Below are positions 1-7,771 of a DNA stretch of 9,826 nucleotides, piece by piece; position 1 is the first letter of the stretch, and each line of letters begins with the position of its first letter. The stretch is from a virus (lineage: Duplodnaviria > Heunggongvirae > Uroviricota > Caudoviricetes). The DNA is taken from positions 1 to 9,826 of IMG/VR virus record IMGVR_UViG_2617270990_000005, one strand, 5' to 3'. The position numbers were made by a program, and so were the translations under genes. The notes below the pieces were generated by a model. It was not told where the DNA came from. It was given only the letters and a program-made list of their open reading frames with translations, and ran no database searches.

Positions 1-23
1 TGGAGAGTGTTTTATCTGTGAAC

Positions 24-914
24 TCAGGCTGCCAGATCATCGTTTCCGATGGAAGCATAATAAGCTTTTTCTGCTTCTGCCGGAGGAGTATGGCCCAGCC
101 TTCCCAGCAATCGTCGATTGTTATACCAGTCCACCCACGTTAGTGTGGCCAGTTCCACTTCTGCACGGTTTTTCCAGCTCTTACGGTGTATTACCTCCGC
201 TTTGTAAAGACCATTGATGCTCTCAGCCATCGCGTTGTCATACGAGTCGCCTGTACTCCCTGTTGATGCCAGTAATCCGGCTTCTTTTAGTCGCTCCGTA
301 TAGGCCAGTGACACATACTGAGAGCCTTTATCGCTGTGATGGATGGTGCCAGACGGACGACGGGCCCACAACGCCTGCTCCAGCGCATCCAGCACGAATG
401 TCGTTTCCATAGACGATGAGACCCGCCACCCCACGATGTATCCGGCAAACACATCAATGATAAACGCCACATAGACGAAGCCCTGCCATGTGCTGACGTA
501 AGTAAAATCAGCCACCCACAGCTGGTCAGGTCGTTCTGCCACGAACTGACGGTTTACGCGGTCGCCTGCGGCAACGGCTTTCCGGCTGATGGTCGTACGG
601 ACCTTTTTACCCCGGAGAACACCGGCAAGTCCCATAACCGCCATGAGACGTGCCACTGTACATCTGGCCACCCTGATTCCTTCCCGTAACAACTGACGCC
701 AGACTTTACGCACACCGTACACCTGATGATTTTCATCGTATACGCGCTGTATCTCTCTCTTCAGCCAGTCGTCGTGCTGCGCACGGGCACTGCGTTTATC
801 CGGATGATGTCGCTGTTGCTGACAATGGTAATACGTTGACGGGGCAATATGCAGTTCGCTGCATACCGGTCCGACCCCGTACTGCTCACGCAGCTTATCC
901 AGCAGTGGCATCAT
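24..914 (-). CDS. IS3-family transposase OrfB (DDE integrase-like catalytic part), expected to be made as an OrfAB fusion by -1 frameshifting
   Basis: 296-aa ORF; I recognise the translation as near-identical to IS629/IS1203 OrfB (recalled, not searched). Start ATG (912..914) overlaps the orfA stop in the -1 frame. Confidence 0.9.
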   Translation of the reverse strand: MMPLLDKLREQYGVGPVCSELHIAPSTYYHCQQQRHHPDKRSARAQHDDWLKREIQRVYDENHQVYGVRKVWRQLLREGIRVARCTVARLMAVMGLAGVLRGKKVRTTISRKAVAAGDRVNRQFVAERPDQLWVADFTYVSTWQGFVYVAFIIDVFAGYIVGWRVSSSMETTFVLDALEQALWARRPSGTIHHSDKGSQYVSLAYTERLKEAGLLASTGSTGDSYDNAMAESINGLYKAEVIHRKSWKNRAEVELATLTWVDWYNNRRLLGRLGHTPPAEAEKAYYASIGNDDLAA

Positions 915-1237
915 TTTTTCCAGAGGCGGTCGAACTCCGCCTTCGCAAAATAAGCGGAAGCCTGGCGAAGGATATCGTTACTGCGGCGCAGTTCACGATT
1001 TTCACGTTCCAGCTCTTTCAGACGCTGACGTTCAGCGCTGGTGAGCCCACCATCACCGCCCCCGGTATCCCGCTCATGCTGGCGAACCCAGACACGCAGA
1101 GTCTCCGGCGTACAGCCAATCTTTGGGGCAATGGAACAAATTGCCGCCCACTGTGAGTCATATTCATCCTGACTTTCCAGAACCATACGAATCGCCCGCT
1201 GACGGACTTCGGGGGAAAAACGAGTATTTTTAGTCAT
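911..1237 (-). CDS. IS3-family transposase OrfA (helix-turn-helix / leucine-zipper DNA-binding subunit)
   Basis: 108-aa [25 protein letters not shown]...; matches my recollection of IS629 OrfA almost residue for residue. The [25 protein letters not shown] stretch is the leucine-zipper region typical of IS3 OrfA. Confidence 0.9.
   Translation of the reverse strand: MTKNTRFSPEVRQRAIRMVLESQDEYDSQWAAICSIAPKIGCTPETLRVWVRQHERDTGGGDGGLTSAERQRLKELERENRELRRSNDILRQASAYFAKAEFDRLWKK
914..919 (-). promoter_or_regulatory. Candidate -1 programmed frameshift site (A6 run) at the orfA/orfB overlap
   Basis: Plus-strand T6 at 914..919 is AAAAAA on the coding strand, immediately before the orfA TGA stop (911..913), with the orfB frame offset by -1. 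Exact slip site not verified. Confidence 0.5.
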
Positions 1238-1291
1238 CCTGTTTACCTCTTTCTCAGGGAGTTTAGTCTCCAGGATTTCCGGGGCGGTTCA

Positions 1292-2236
1292 GAGGAAGGA
1301 TCAGGCCGTACGCAGGTTATAAGGATGATGCTCACGGTATCGAGCACTGATGCCGTTACCCTGAAAGTTGATCCGTCCGTTGTGCTGGCAACCCGGCAGT
1401 ATGTTGATAGTGCTGTAATTGAGGTGAAAACCTATACAGACAACGCGATAAAAAAGCACGTTGACACCGCTAATCCGCATAGCCAGTACCTGTTGATTGA
1501 AAATGCTCTTAAAGAATTGATTAAGGCCGGGTTGGTTGGAGAGGCTATCAAAAACCTTGGTTTGGATAAAACAGTTCAATTAGCAGCCGATGCGTTACCT
1601 GCTTCTGGTGGGAGGGTTACTGGTGATGTGATTGTTGAAGGTATTATCTCAGCAGTCGGACACGAAATGATCGTGGAAAAAGAGAGTGGTTTTTCAGGTA
1701 TTCATATCAAAAATAAAAGCAGTGAAAATGGAAGTGCATGTGGTTTGGATTTTTCATTTGGTGGAGCAATTATGTCGTCGATTATTTGCGGCATAATGGG
1801 AAACGGCGCGAACTATATTGATTTTGCTTTATCTCCATCAGGGGAGATCTCCGATCGTCGAGTTAATGCATTCACAATGAATGCTGATGTGAAAAAATTG
1901 ATTTTTCAGAATGATTGGGGCATTCAGGGGTATGTGAAAAATACAGACTTTACTCAGGTAATGGCTGATGCCGGTTGGGTGCGTTTTCCAAATGGAATAA
2001 TTTTACAGTGGTGTTGGGGGAATACTGATGGTGGCGGCTGGGCTTCAGCCCCTTTTCCTATTGGTTGGCCTGTTCGCTGTTTTGGTATTTTGCCATGCAA
2101 TGTGGCTGGTGATGCAGCAGCGTCGGCGATTGCTGGAGTTAAAAGATTAAGCGATCGAGATATGCAGGTTTCTTTATTAGAAAGAACAGGCGTCGCTGCG
2201 TCAAAACCATTCTTTTGCTTTGGTGTGGGGTGTTAA
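1292..2236 (+). pseudogene. Tail-fibre protein, C-terminal (receptor-binding) fragment, 5'-truncated by the IS insertion; longest ATG-initiated ORF is 1325..2236
   Basis: Reading frame is open from the IS junction at 1292 through to stop at 2234..2236. Translation is tail-fibre-like in composition (Thr/Ser/Gly-rich, Trp/Cys-rich C-terminus with GWVRFPNGIILQW) and is followed 2 nt later by a tail-fibre assembly gene. 303 aa is short for a complete tail fibre. Assignment is by resemblance only. Confidence 0.55.
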
Positions 2237-2238
2237 TT

Positions 2239-2670
2239 ATGTTTAGTAATATATATTTCAGTGCTAAGAATAACTCATTCTTTTTTGAGTCAATGAAATC
2301 AGACTATGAAAAAACGAATACATGGCCTGATGACATTGTTGAAGTTGAATCTGATATTTATCAGAAATACACAGGAAGGCCGCCAGAAGGAAAAGGTAGA
2401 GGAGGCGACGCTTCCGGTCAGCCTGTATGGGTTGATGTATCAGAGCCTACAGCCGATCAGTTAATTGCGTTAGCTATACAGCAAAAAAAAGACTTGGCTG
2501 AAAATGCAGGTACAGAAATTGCGTGGCGGCAGGATGCGATTGAAGCTGGTATTTCAACCGATGATGAAGTTATTCAGCTTGCGAAGTGGAAGAAATATCG
2601 GGTGCTATTAATGCGTATTGACACATCAAAAGCCCCCGACATTATCTGGCCTGATATCCCTGAGGATTAA
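2239..2670 (+). CDS. Tail-fibre assembly chaperone (Tfa / P2 gpG-like)
   Basis: ATG at 2239 sits 2 nt after the tail-fibre stop, with a G-rich stretch (2226..2230) upstream. C-terminus ...KWKKYRVLLMRIDTSKAPDIIWPDIPED matches the Tfa-family C-terminal signature as I remember it. The six-frame ORF at 2215 begins with TTG and overlaps the upstream gene, so 2239 is the more likely start. Confidence 0.75.
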   Translation: MFSNIYFSAKNNSFFFESMKSDYEKTNTWPDDIVEVESDIYQKYTGRPPEGKGRGGDASGQPVWVDVSEPTADQLIALAIQQKKDLAENAGTEIAWRQDAIEAGISTDDEVIQLAKWKKYRVLLMRIDTSKAPDIIWPDIPED

Positions 2671-3635
2671 TTTGATAGGCTTTTTAGTCTAAAGTTTGCA
2701 ATTAAATTATCTTTAATGATATTAGCTATTGAATAGCTAATGCAAATAGTGCATGCGATTGTTGTTATGACTAACCAATCAGATGCAAATTGTTTTGCAA
2801 ACTGAATGGCATAGATTTGTATAAGATATATGTTTTTTGAGTGCTCGCGAATTGTGAAGGTGTTTTTTGTTTTCAGGGTGATATCTAGAACTTTTAAAAA
2901 AACAAAAACACCAGCGAATGGAAGTGAAAAAAGCATATCAAAGGTATATGTGCCATATGAATAATTTACGGATGCCTCAATGATGACCAAAATAATGGAA
3001 CCAATGAGTAAATATGTATTGTTATTTCTTATGTTATTTTTATTTATAAGGTATCCAAGCATAAACAATGGAAAACCCATGAAAAGACCGTTTCTGGAAA
3101 AGAAAACTGTAGCGAGAGACCATATGTCACGATTTATGTCAATGGAATAATTTGCGCGATATTGAAGTAACGTGCCGCACGTATAAAGTATGCAGCATAT
3201 GATTATTAATGTGCGATCTTTTAGCTTAGCTAAAAGTAATGTTAATAATGCCGATACTATCAGGGCAGGGAAAAACCATAAGTGCCAAAATCCAAATACT
3301 GCATTTAGAGATAAATATGTAAGGTCTGTCGCTAAAGGCTTACCCGCCCTAATAAAACCAACTAATCCTAGTATTATTGGTAAGTAAAGAAGCGTCCATA
3401 GAGCATAGGTTTTTATATTGTGAGAAAACCATTTTTTAATTTTATTTTTTTGCATTACAGAAAAATAAAAATATCCACTAGTAATGAAAAAGAATGGCAC
3501 TGCAATCCTTAGCAGTCCCTGGCAAGTAACATATCCTATATAATTACTGTTGCCGCCTAAAATGTCTGTGTGTATAAAAATGATACAAAACGCAAAGAAA
3601 AGTTTTGCGTAATCAATTGAGGAAAGGTTTTTCAT
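2667..3635 (-). CDS. Acyltransferase-3 family integral membrane protein (Oac/OafA-like putative O-antigen/LPS O-acetyltransferase); prophage cargo gene
   Basis: About 10 predicted hydrophobic helices. Contains the family-typical IAVPFFFITSGYF motif and an N-terminal helix ending in His (IDYAKLFFAFCIIFIH). Coding sequence is conspicuously AT-rich. Start chosen at ATG 3633..3635 (MKNLSSID...), which gives a family-typical short N-terminus; the maximal ORF starts at 3704 and neither start has a clear Shine-Dalgarno. Stop codon overlaps the Tfa stop (convergent). Confidence 0.8.
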   Translation of the reverse strand: MKNLSSIDYAKLFFAFCIIFIHTDILGGNSNYIGYVTCQGLLRIAVPFFFITSGYFYFSVMQKNKIKKWFSHNIKTYALWTLLYLPIILGLVGFIRAGKPLATDLTYLSLNAVFGFWHLWFFPALIVSALLTLLLAKLKDRTLIIICCILYTCGTLLQYRANYSIDINRDIWSLATVFFSRNGLFMGFPLFMLGYLINKNNIRNNNTYLLIGSIILVIIEASVNYSYGTYTFDMLFSLPFAGVFVFLKVLDITLKTKNTFTIREHSKNIYLIQIYAIQFAKQFASDWLVITTIACTICISYSIANIIKDNLIANFRLKSLSN

Positions 3636-3761
3636 ATAGAGTCTAGTCGCGCAATTAGGAAAAATTGTGGTTATTTTACTTACAAAAATTCTAAGGACAA
3701 TCATTTAGTCTGCACAATTTACACATGATTGAACAAAATTAGAGCTAGGTCTCTTGTTGCT

Positions 3762-3805
3762 CCCCTCGGTGAAAACCAATCCGAGGGGTATATTTTTACT
3801 TGTTT
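3762..3805 (+). terminator. Intrinsic-terminator-like hairpin, oriented for the + strand
   Basis: 8-bp GC-rich stem CCCCTCGG (3762..3769) pairs with CCGAGGGG (3781..3788) around an 11-nt loop, followed on the + strand by the T-rich tract TATATTTTTACTTGTTT (3789..3805). On the - strand the 3' flank is not U-rich. Confidence 0.4.
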
Positions 3806-4292
3806 AAAACAGACTGGATGCGGCGGCGCTGATATTATTCAGCGCTGAGTTGGCTGTGTTTTGCAGGTTGCCGAGTAAATCACTCACTGATGAAGACTGG
3901 AGGCTTTCGCGCAGGTCTTCATCCTGCCTTTGAAACGTGATCGTAAATTCTATTTTCTTCGGCTCCCCATACTGGTCAAATTCAGTATCGGTGGTCTGAA
4001 GCTGCGTTATCGAATACATGCCATAGATCCGCCCGGTGCCGCTGATAAGAGGCCAGGGGCGTCCGGTGTAGGCCTGTGTATCGAGCACAGTTAGACTCAC
4101 CTTACCGCCGGTCACTGATGGGTACAAAACACCGGATAAGGTAATCTGATCGTCACCTGCACCAATGTATTGCCACTTTGCCGATCGGTTTATGCGCTCG
4201 TTCTTTACATGCCGCCATGTCTTTGACTGCTGTAATTGTTGGTGGGGAATGGTTTTTAACTCAAAGACGAACATTCCGTAAACCATCATCAT
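3804..4292 (-). CDS. U: Phage tail protein U (P2 gpU-like)
   Basis: 162-aa ORF MMMVYGMFVFELKTIPHQQLQQSKTWRH... resembles the P2 gpU N-terminus as I recall it. AGGAGAG Shine-Dalgarno lies 8-9 nt upstream, and the gene starts 12 nt after the tape-measure stop. Confidence 0.85.
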   Translation of the reverse strand: MMMVYGMFVFELKTIPHQQLQQSKTWRHVKNERINRSAKWQYIGAGDDQITLSGVLYPSVTGGKVSLTVLDTQAYTGRPWPLISGTGRIYGMYSITQLQTTDTEFDQYGEPKKIEFTITFQRQDEDLRESLQSSSVSDLLGNLQNTANSALNNISAAASSLF

Positions 4293-4304
4293 TGTTTTGC
4301 TCTC

Positions 4305-7300
4305 CTAATCTTTGTCTCTGAAACTGCTACCAGAGCGGGAACGCTTGTTAAGTTCTGCCCCAACTGCATCAGTCACCATCCGTGCAATGTCGCGGGCGTC
4401 GTTGCTGAGATCGCCGTGCATATGAATGTGAATATGTATTTCATCAGGAGCGGTGTTTTGCGCCGGTTTGCTGGCTTGTTTACTGGATTGCCCGCTAATA
4501 GCCTGTACTTCAACTGCCGGTTTAATCGGTGCTGATGCCGCCGCGATAACCGGGCGCGCGCTAAGTTGGGCCAGGTTTGCGCCTGGGGGTGATTGTGCTT
4601 CCTGCCATGCGCCGTGGACGGCTAATGCGCGGGGCAGATTCTTAAACACGATATCGCCAGGGCCGATCCGCTTTTTGGTTGCATCCAGCATCCCGCCGGT
4701 ATTGTCCGCAATTTTCTGTAACCGCCGTTGAGTTCCCGTATCAACAGCAATCACTGGTGATGGTGGGGCGATAGGTGGCGCGGTTACTGCTTTCATATCG
4801 ACAGTGAGCGTGCCAACCTTGTCCTGCAGCATAGCCAATCCTGCCGGTGTGAGTTCCTTCTGCACTTTCTCCGCTTTTGCTTTCGCCGCTTCAATCCCGG
4901 ACGGAATCAGCCCCAGCTTTTCAAGTATCCAGCCAACCATTTTGGCCAATCCAGTCAGAGGTAACATTAGCCCCTGAATTGCCAGGCCAAACACTTTGCC
5001 GAACGTCTCCCCAGCGCTTGCGCATTTATCCAATGTCTCTTTGCTGGTCGTCATTGGTGAAAGCAGGTTGCTGAACCACTGCCACAACTGAGAAACGGCA
5101 TTTGAGATCACATCAAAGACGGGGGCCAGTCCGGCGAAGGCATCACGGAACGGCGTAAGCGCCTGCATTACACCGGCAAAGAAGCCCGCAAAGAAGGCTT
5201 TGATCGGCTCCCAGAATCGCCAGATAAGCAACCCTGTGGCAATGAAGGCCGCGCCAATCAGCCCGATCGGGCTTAACAGCAATGACAGCGCGCCGCCGAG
5301 CATCGAGAGGGCCGAGCTAGCGATCCCCATGATTGCAGGTATGCCGGTCAGGCGAAGCAGGAGACTACCAAGCCCTTTTACAATTCCGCCCAGGGCGGCA
5401 CCTGGTGAGATAAACGCGGCGGCAAGCAGTCCTCTCAATGGGGCAAGCGCGCCAGCCAGTTTCCCGGCGTTGCCGGTCATTCTACTGAAGACGACACCCC
5501 AGCCACGGATGCCGCCAAGCGGCCCGGAAATAACGCCAGCCAGGCGGCTGAACAGTGTCACCGCGCCACCCAGCCCGCTCCCGCTGGTTAGCAGGGCAAA
5601 GCCGAGTTGAAGTTTTGCCAGTGGCCCCAGAAGTAAGCCAATAGCCAGGGACGTTGCGCCAATCCCGGCGGTGAGGGCCAGCACACTGCCGCCAACAGCC
5701 AGAAGGGTTTTTGATAGCTGCGGATTCTTATTCGCCCATTCAGTCATCACGCCGATCGTGCCGGTCAGTGCCTGGGTGAGTTTTCGCAGTGCGCCGTCCG
5801 CCAGTTCTTCAATCTGGATACGGAATGCTTCCCAGGCGCTATCGAGTTCTTTTAGATCCCCGCCCAGGTTGTCCGCCATTTTTTTTGCGACGGTAGCGGA
5901 TTCACCGGCAGCGCCCTGAAGTTCTTTTGTGAGCTTTTGTAGTTCTCCCGAGCCTGCCGCCTGTACCAGCGTCTGGAGGCCCACAAAGGCCTCTTCACCG
6001 GCGATATTTTTGAAGAAAGATACCTGATCAACCTGCCCGTATTTCTGTGTGGCTTTGAAAAGGTCTAACAGTACCGTTTCCATCGGGCGCATTTTCCCGT
6101 TGGCGTCGGCAACCGACACGCCTAGCTCTTTCAGAGCATCAGCCGCGGCTTTTGGTGGTGAAGCAAGGCGGGATAGACTGGAACGTAATGCTGTACCCGC
6201 GTCACTGCCGCGCAGACCGTTATTGGCAAGCATACCCGCCATAGCGGATGCCTCTTCCAGGCTAATACCCAGATTAGCCGCCACTGGCCCCGCGTATTTC
6301 ATTGTGTCGCCCAGGGCGCGCAGGTCGGTATTGGTACGGGTAAATGCGGCTGTTAGCGTATCGCCAACCCTGTCCATCTGATCTGATGACAGCTTGAATT
6401 GCGTCAGGATGTTTGAACCGATATCAGCGGACTCACCCAGATCCATGCCACCGGCTAGCGCCATATTCAGAACGCCAGGCAGCGCAGCCTGAATTGACTG
6501 TGGTGTAAAGCCAGCCATTGCCAGGAAGGCTTGCCCGCTGGCGGCGTCTCGCGTGGTAAATGCGGTTTCAGCGCCAAGTTTTTTGGCCTGGGCGCGCAGG
6601 GCGGCAAACTGTTCATCGCCTTTATCCAGGCGGGTCAGTGCGCCTACGCGCGACATTTCCTCATCAAAACCCACGGCAGGGGCCAGGAAGCGTCCGGCAG
6701 CGTAGCCCGCTCCCGCGCTTGCGCCAATCGCCACCGCGCCGCCGGTGCGCAATTTGCCCGCTGTGGCGCTCAGACGGTCATAACGGGCGCGCGCGTTGGT
6801 GACTGCGGCAAGTTGTCGCCGTTCTCTCTCAAGCGTCTGGTTGTATTGCTCAGTGCGTCTGATAGCGCTTTGAATTGTGCGATCGCCGCCCGCCAGTGAA
6901 ACGCCGTGCGCGCGCAGCGCCTGGGACGCTTGCTGGAGTTTTGCTGTCTCCTGTGACCGGCTGGCATTCAGGCGATCAAGTTTCGCTGCCAGTGCCGTCA
7001 TGCGCTCGCGCTGTGCGTCGGTTAGTACCGTGCCGTTTTTCTGTGCTTTATTCAGGCCGTCAAAGGCTCGCTGTGTTGTGGTGAGTTGCTGGGATGTCTT
7101 TTTAACGCGCTCATTCAGGCGGTTGAATGCCTGGGATTGCGTTTCCAGATCTTTGATAGACGATTGTGTTTTTTTGAGGGATTCAGATAAGCCGCCCACT
7201 GAGTTGCGGGCGGCATTTACCGGGCGGGTTAACTTATCAATCGCACTGAAGGCGACACGGATATTAAGGTCTTTCATCTTCACTGTTTCCGCTTCGGATA

Positions 7301-7313
7301 GCCGCCCGTTCAC
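4305..7313 (-). CDS. T: Tail tape measure protein (P2 gpT-like)
   Basis: About 1000 aa with an N-terminal coiled-coil-like Gln/Ala/Arg-rich region, a long central Gly/Ala/Leu-rich hydrophobic block and a C-terminal domain. Sits between E/E' and U as in P2. The 7313 start is GTG, preceded by GAGGTGA at ~9 nt; an in-frame ATG at 7275..7277 is an alternative. Confidence 0.85.
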   Translation of the reverse strand: MNGRLSEAETVKMKDLNIRVAFSAIDKLTRPVNAARNSVGGLSESLKKTQSSIKDLETQSQAFNRLNERVKKTSQQLTTTQRAFDGLNKAQKNGTVLTDAQRERMTALAAKLDRLNASRSQETAKLQQASQALRAHGVSLAGGDRTIQSAIRRTEQYNQTLERERRQLAAVTNARARYDRLSATAGKLRTGGAVAIGASAGAGYAAGRFLAPAVGFDEEMSRVGALTRLDKGDEQFAALRAQAKKLGAETAFTTRDAASGQAFLAMAGFTPQSIQAALPGVLNMALAGGMDLGESADIGSNILTQFKLSSDQMDRVGDTLTAAFTRTNTDLRALGDTMKYAGPVAANLGISLEEASAMAGMLANNGLRGSDAGTALRSSLSRLASPPKAAADALKELGVSVADANGKMRPMETVLLDLFKATQKYGQVDQVSFFKNIAGEEAFVGLQTLVQAAGSGELQKLTKELQGAAGESATVAKKMADNLGGDLKELDSAWEAFRIQIEELADGALRKLTQALTGTIGVMTEWANKNPQLSKTLLAVGGSVLALTAGIGATSLAIGLLLGPLAKLQLGFALLTSGSGLGGAVTLFSRLAGVISGPLGGIRGWGVVFSRMTGNAGKLAGALAPLRGLLAAAFISPGAALGGIVKGLGSLLLRLTGIPAIMGIASSALSMLGGALSLLLSPIGLIGAAFIATGLLIWRFWEPIKAFFAGFFAGVMQALTPFRDAFAGLAPVFDVISNAVSQLWQWFSNLLSPMTTSKETLDKCASAGETFGKVFGLAIQGLMLPLTGLAKMVGWILEKLGLIPSGIEAAKAKAEKVQKELTPAGLAMLQDKVGTLTVDMKAVTAPPIAPPSPVIAVDTGTQRRLQKIADNTGGMLDATKKRIGPGDIVFKNLPRALAVHGAWQEAQSPPGANLAQLSARPVIAAASAPIKPAVEVQAISGQSSKQASKPAQNTAPDEIHIHIHMHGDLSNDARDIARMVTDAVGAELNKRSRSGSSFRDKD

Positions 7314-7500
7314 GCCAGGCTATCACCTCACTCAGGGACATAGTGAAAACCTCTGAGGGCGGCCAGTTGAAAATAACTGCTATATCAGCAACCAGATCAT
7401 CGATCAGGTCAAAGTGGGGCGCGTTTACTCGCTCTCCGTCTCCGTCTCGTTCTTCGTGCCAGGCTCCTTCGGCGCTAAAAAAGGCGTGAGCGCCTCGCAA
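7264..7500 (-). CDS. E' extension frame of the tail assembly chaperone, expressed only as the E+E' fusion (7736 to 7264) after a -1 frameshift
   Basis: ORF in the -1 frame relative to gpE; overlaps the 3' end of E and the 5' end of T. The sequence after the slippery site reads FFSAEGAWHEERDGD..., continuous with gpE ...EALTPF. Confidence 0.7.
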   Translation of the reverse strand: MRGAHAFFSAEGAWHEERDGDGERVNAPHFDLIDDLVADIAVIFNWPPSEVFTMSLSEVIAWRERAAIRSGNSEDERP

Positions 7501-7736
7501 AGTTCAACAAAGTCAGATGTTGCCATTTCGCTGATTTCTTTGAGCTTCAGGCGCGGGGAAGTGCAGCGGGTTAGCAGGGTGCTGATGCTGTCCACGTCCA
7601 TATTCATCACGTTCACCAGGCGAAGGCCGCGCAGGGTACCAGCCTGTTTCACTTCGTCAGTGATCGTGATGGTTTTGATTTCGTTGCCGTCGCGTTTAAT
7701 CGGGCGTGTCAGTGTTACGGTGTTTTCTTCGGTCAT
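7425..7736 (-). CDS. E: Tail assembly chaperone (P2 gpE-like)
   Basis: 103-aa acidic ORF between tube and tape-measure genes. GGAG Shine-Dalgarno 9 nt upstream of ATG 7734..7736. Carries the conserved frameshift arrangement with the downstream E' frame. Confidence 0.85.
   Translation of the reverse strand: MTEENTVTLTRPIKRDGNEIKTITITDEVKQAGTLRGLRLVNVMNMDVDSISTLLTRCTSPRLKLKEISEMATSDFVELCEALTPFLAPKEPGTKNETETESE
7476..7482 (-). promoter_or_regulatory. Slippery heptamer T_TTT_TTA for the -1 programmed ribosomal frameshift of the tail chaperone (E to E+E')
   Basis: gpE zero-frame codons are CCT TTT TTA GCG (P F L A); plus strand 7476..7482 is TAAAAAA. A -1 slip gives TTT TTT AGC..., which is exactly the E' frame. 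Confidence 0.7.
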
Positions 7737-7751
7737 CGTTTTAATCTCCGG

Positions 7752-7771
7752 GCGGCATCACCCGATGCCGC
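7752..7771 (-). other. Stable stem-loop in the tube-chaperone intergenic region
   Basis: GCGGCATC (7752..7759) pairs with GATGCCGC (7764..7771) around a 4-nt loop, giving an 8-bp GC-rich stem. It sits immediately 5' of the gpE Shine-Dalgarno on the mRNA, with no U-tract after it. Confidence 0.45.

Larger units (their letters stand above)
1..1291 (-). mobile_element. IS3-family insertion sequence, IS629/IS1203/IS3411-like, running off the window at its orfB-distal end
   Basis: Two overlapping minus-strand ORFs (orfA 911..1237, orfB 24..914) in the classic IS3-family arrangement. Reverse complement of 1279..1291 reads TGAACCGCCCCGG, which I recall as the IS629 terminus, so the element ends at 1291. 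orfB stop lies only 23 nt from window start, so the last ~20 bp of the other inverted repeat are probably outside the window (IS629 is ~1.3 kb from memory). Confidence 0.85.

Noticed and set aside
287-1156. ORFs 287..472 (-), 554..736 (-) and 836..1156 (+) inside the IS3-family element
   Set aside because: They sit in alternative or antisense frames of the transposase genes orfA/orfB; the full-length matches to IS629 proteins explain this DNA.
1301-1579. Minus-strand 92-aa ORF overlapping the tail-fibre fragment and IS junction
   Set aside because: Antisense to the tail-fibre frame, crosses the IS boundary and has no ribosome-binding site; judged spurious.
2215-2238. Upstream TTG start giving a 151-aa Tfa
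   Set aside because: It would overlap the tail-fibre gene by 22 nt and starts with TTG; the ATG at 2239 directly after the upstream stop is more parsimonious.
3190-3387. Plus-strand 65-aa ORF inside the acyltransferase gene
   Set aside because: Antisense to a well-supported membrane-protein gene in AT-rich DNA, where random ORFs are common.
2667-3704. Possibility that the cargo gene is an anti-phage defence system in a prophage hotspot
   Set aside because: It is a single gene with clear acyltransferase-3 features and no nuclease, ATPase or other partner genes; surface-modification is the better-supported reading, though exclusion of other phages by receptor modification remains possible.
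3705-3800. Possibility that the hairpin region is a tRNA fragment or phage attachment site
   Set aside because: No cloverleaf-compatible arms or conserved tRNA elements are visible, and no integrase is nearby; a simple terminator hairpin explains it.
6770-6967. Minus-strand 65-aa ORF inside the tape-measure gene
   Set aside because: It is an alternative frame wholly embedded in a long well-supported gene and has no independent signal.
4453-7356. Many plus-strand ORFs of 65-159 aa (4453..4731, 4877..5074, 5200..5610, 5671..5919, 6049..6381, 6531..6899, 6560..6802, 6875..7084, 6877..7356)
   Set aside because: All lie antisense to the GC-rich tape-measure gene. Their translations are Ala/Arg/Pro/Ser-rich low-complexity strings typical of shadow ORFs in high-GC DNA, with no start context.
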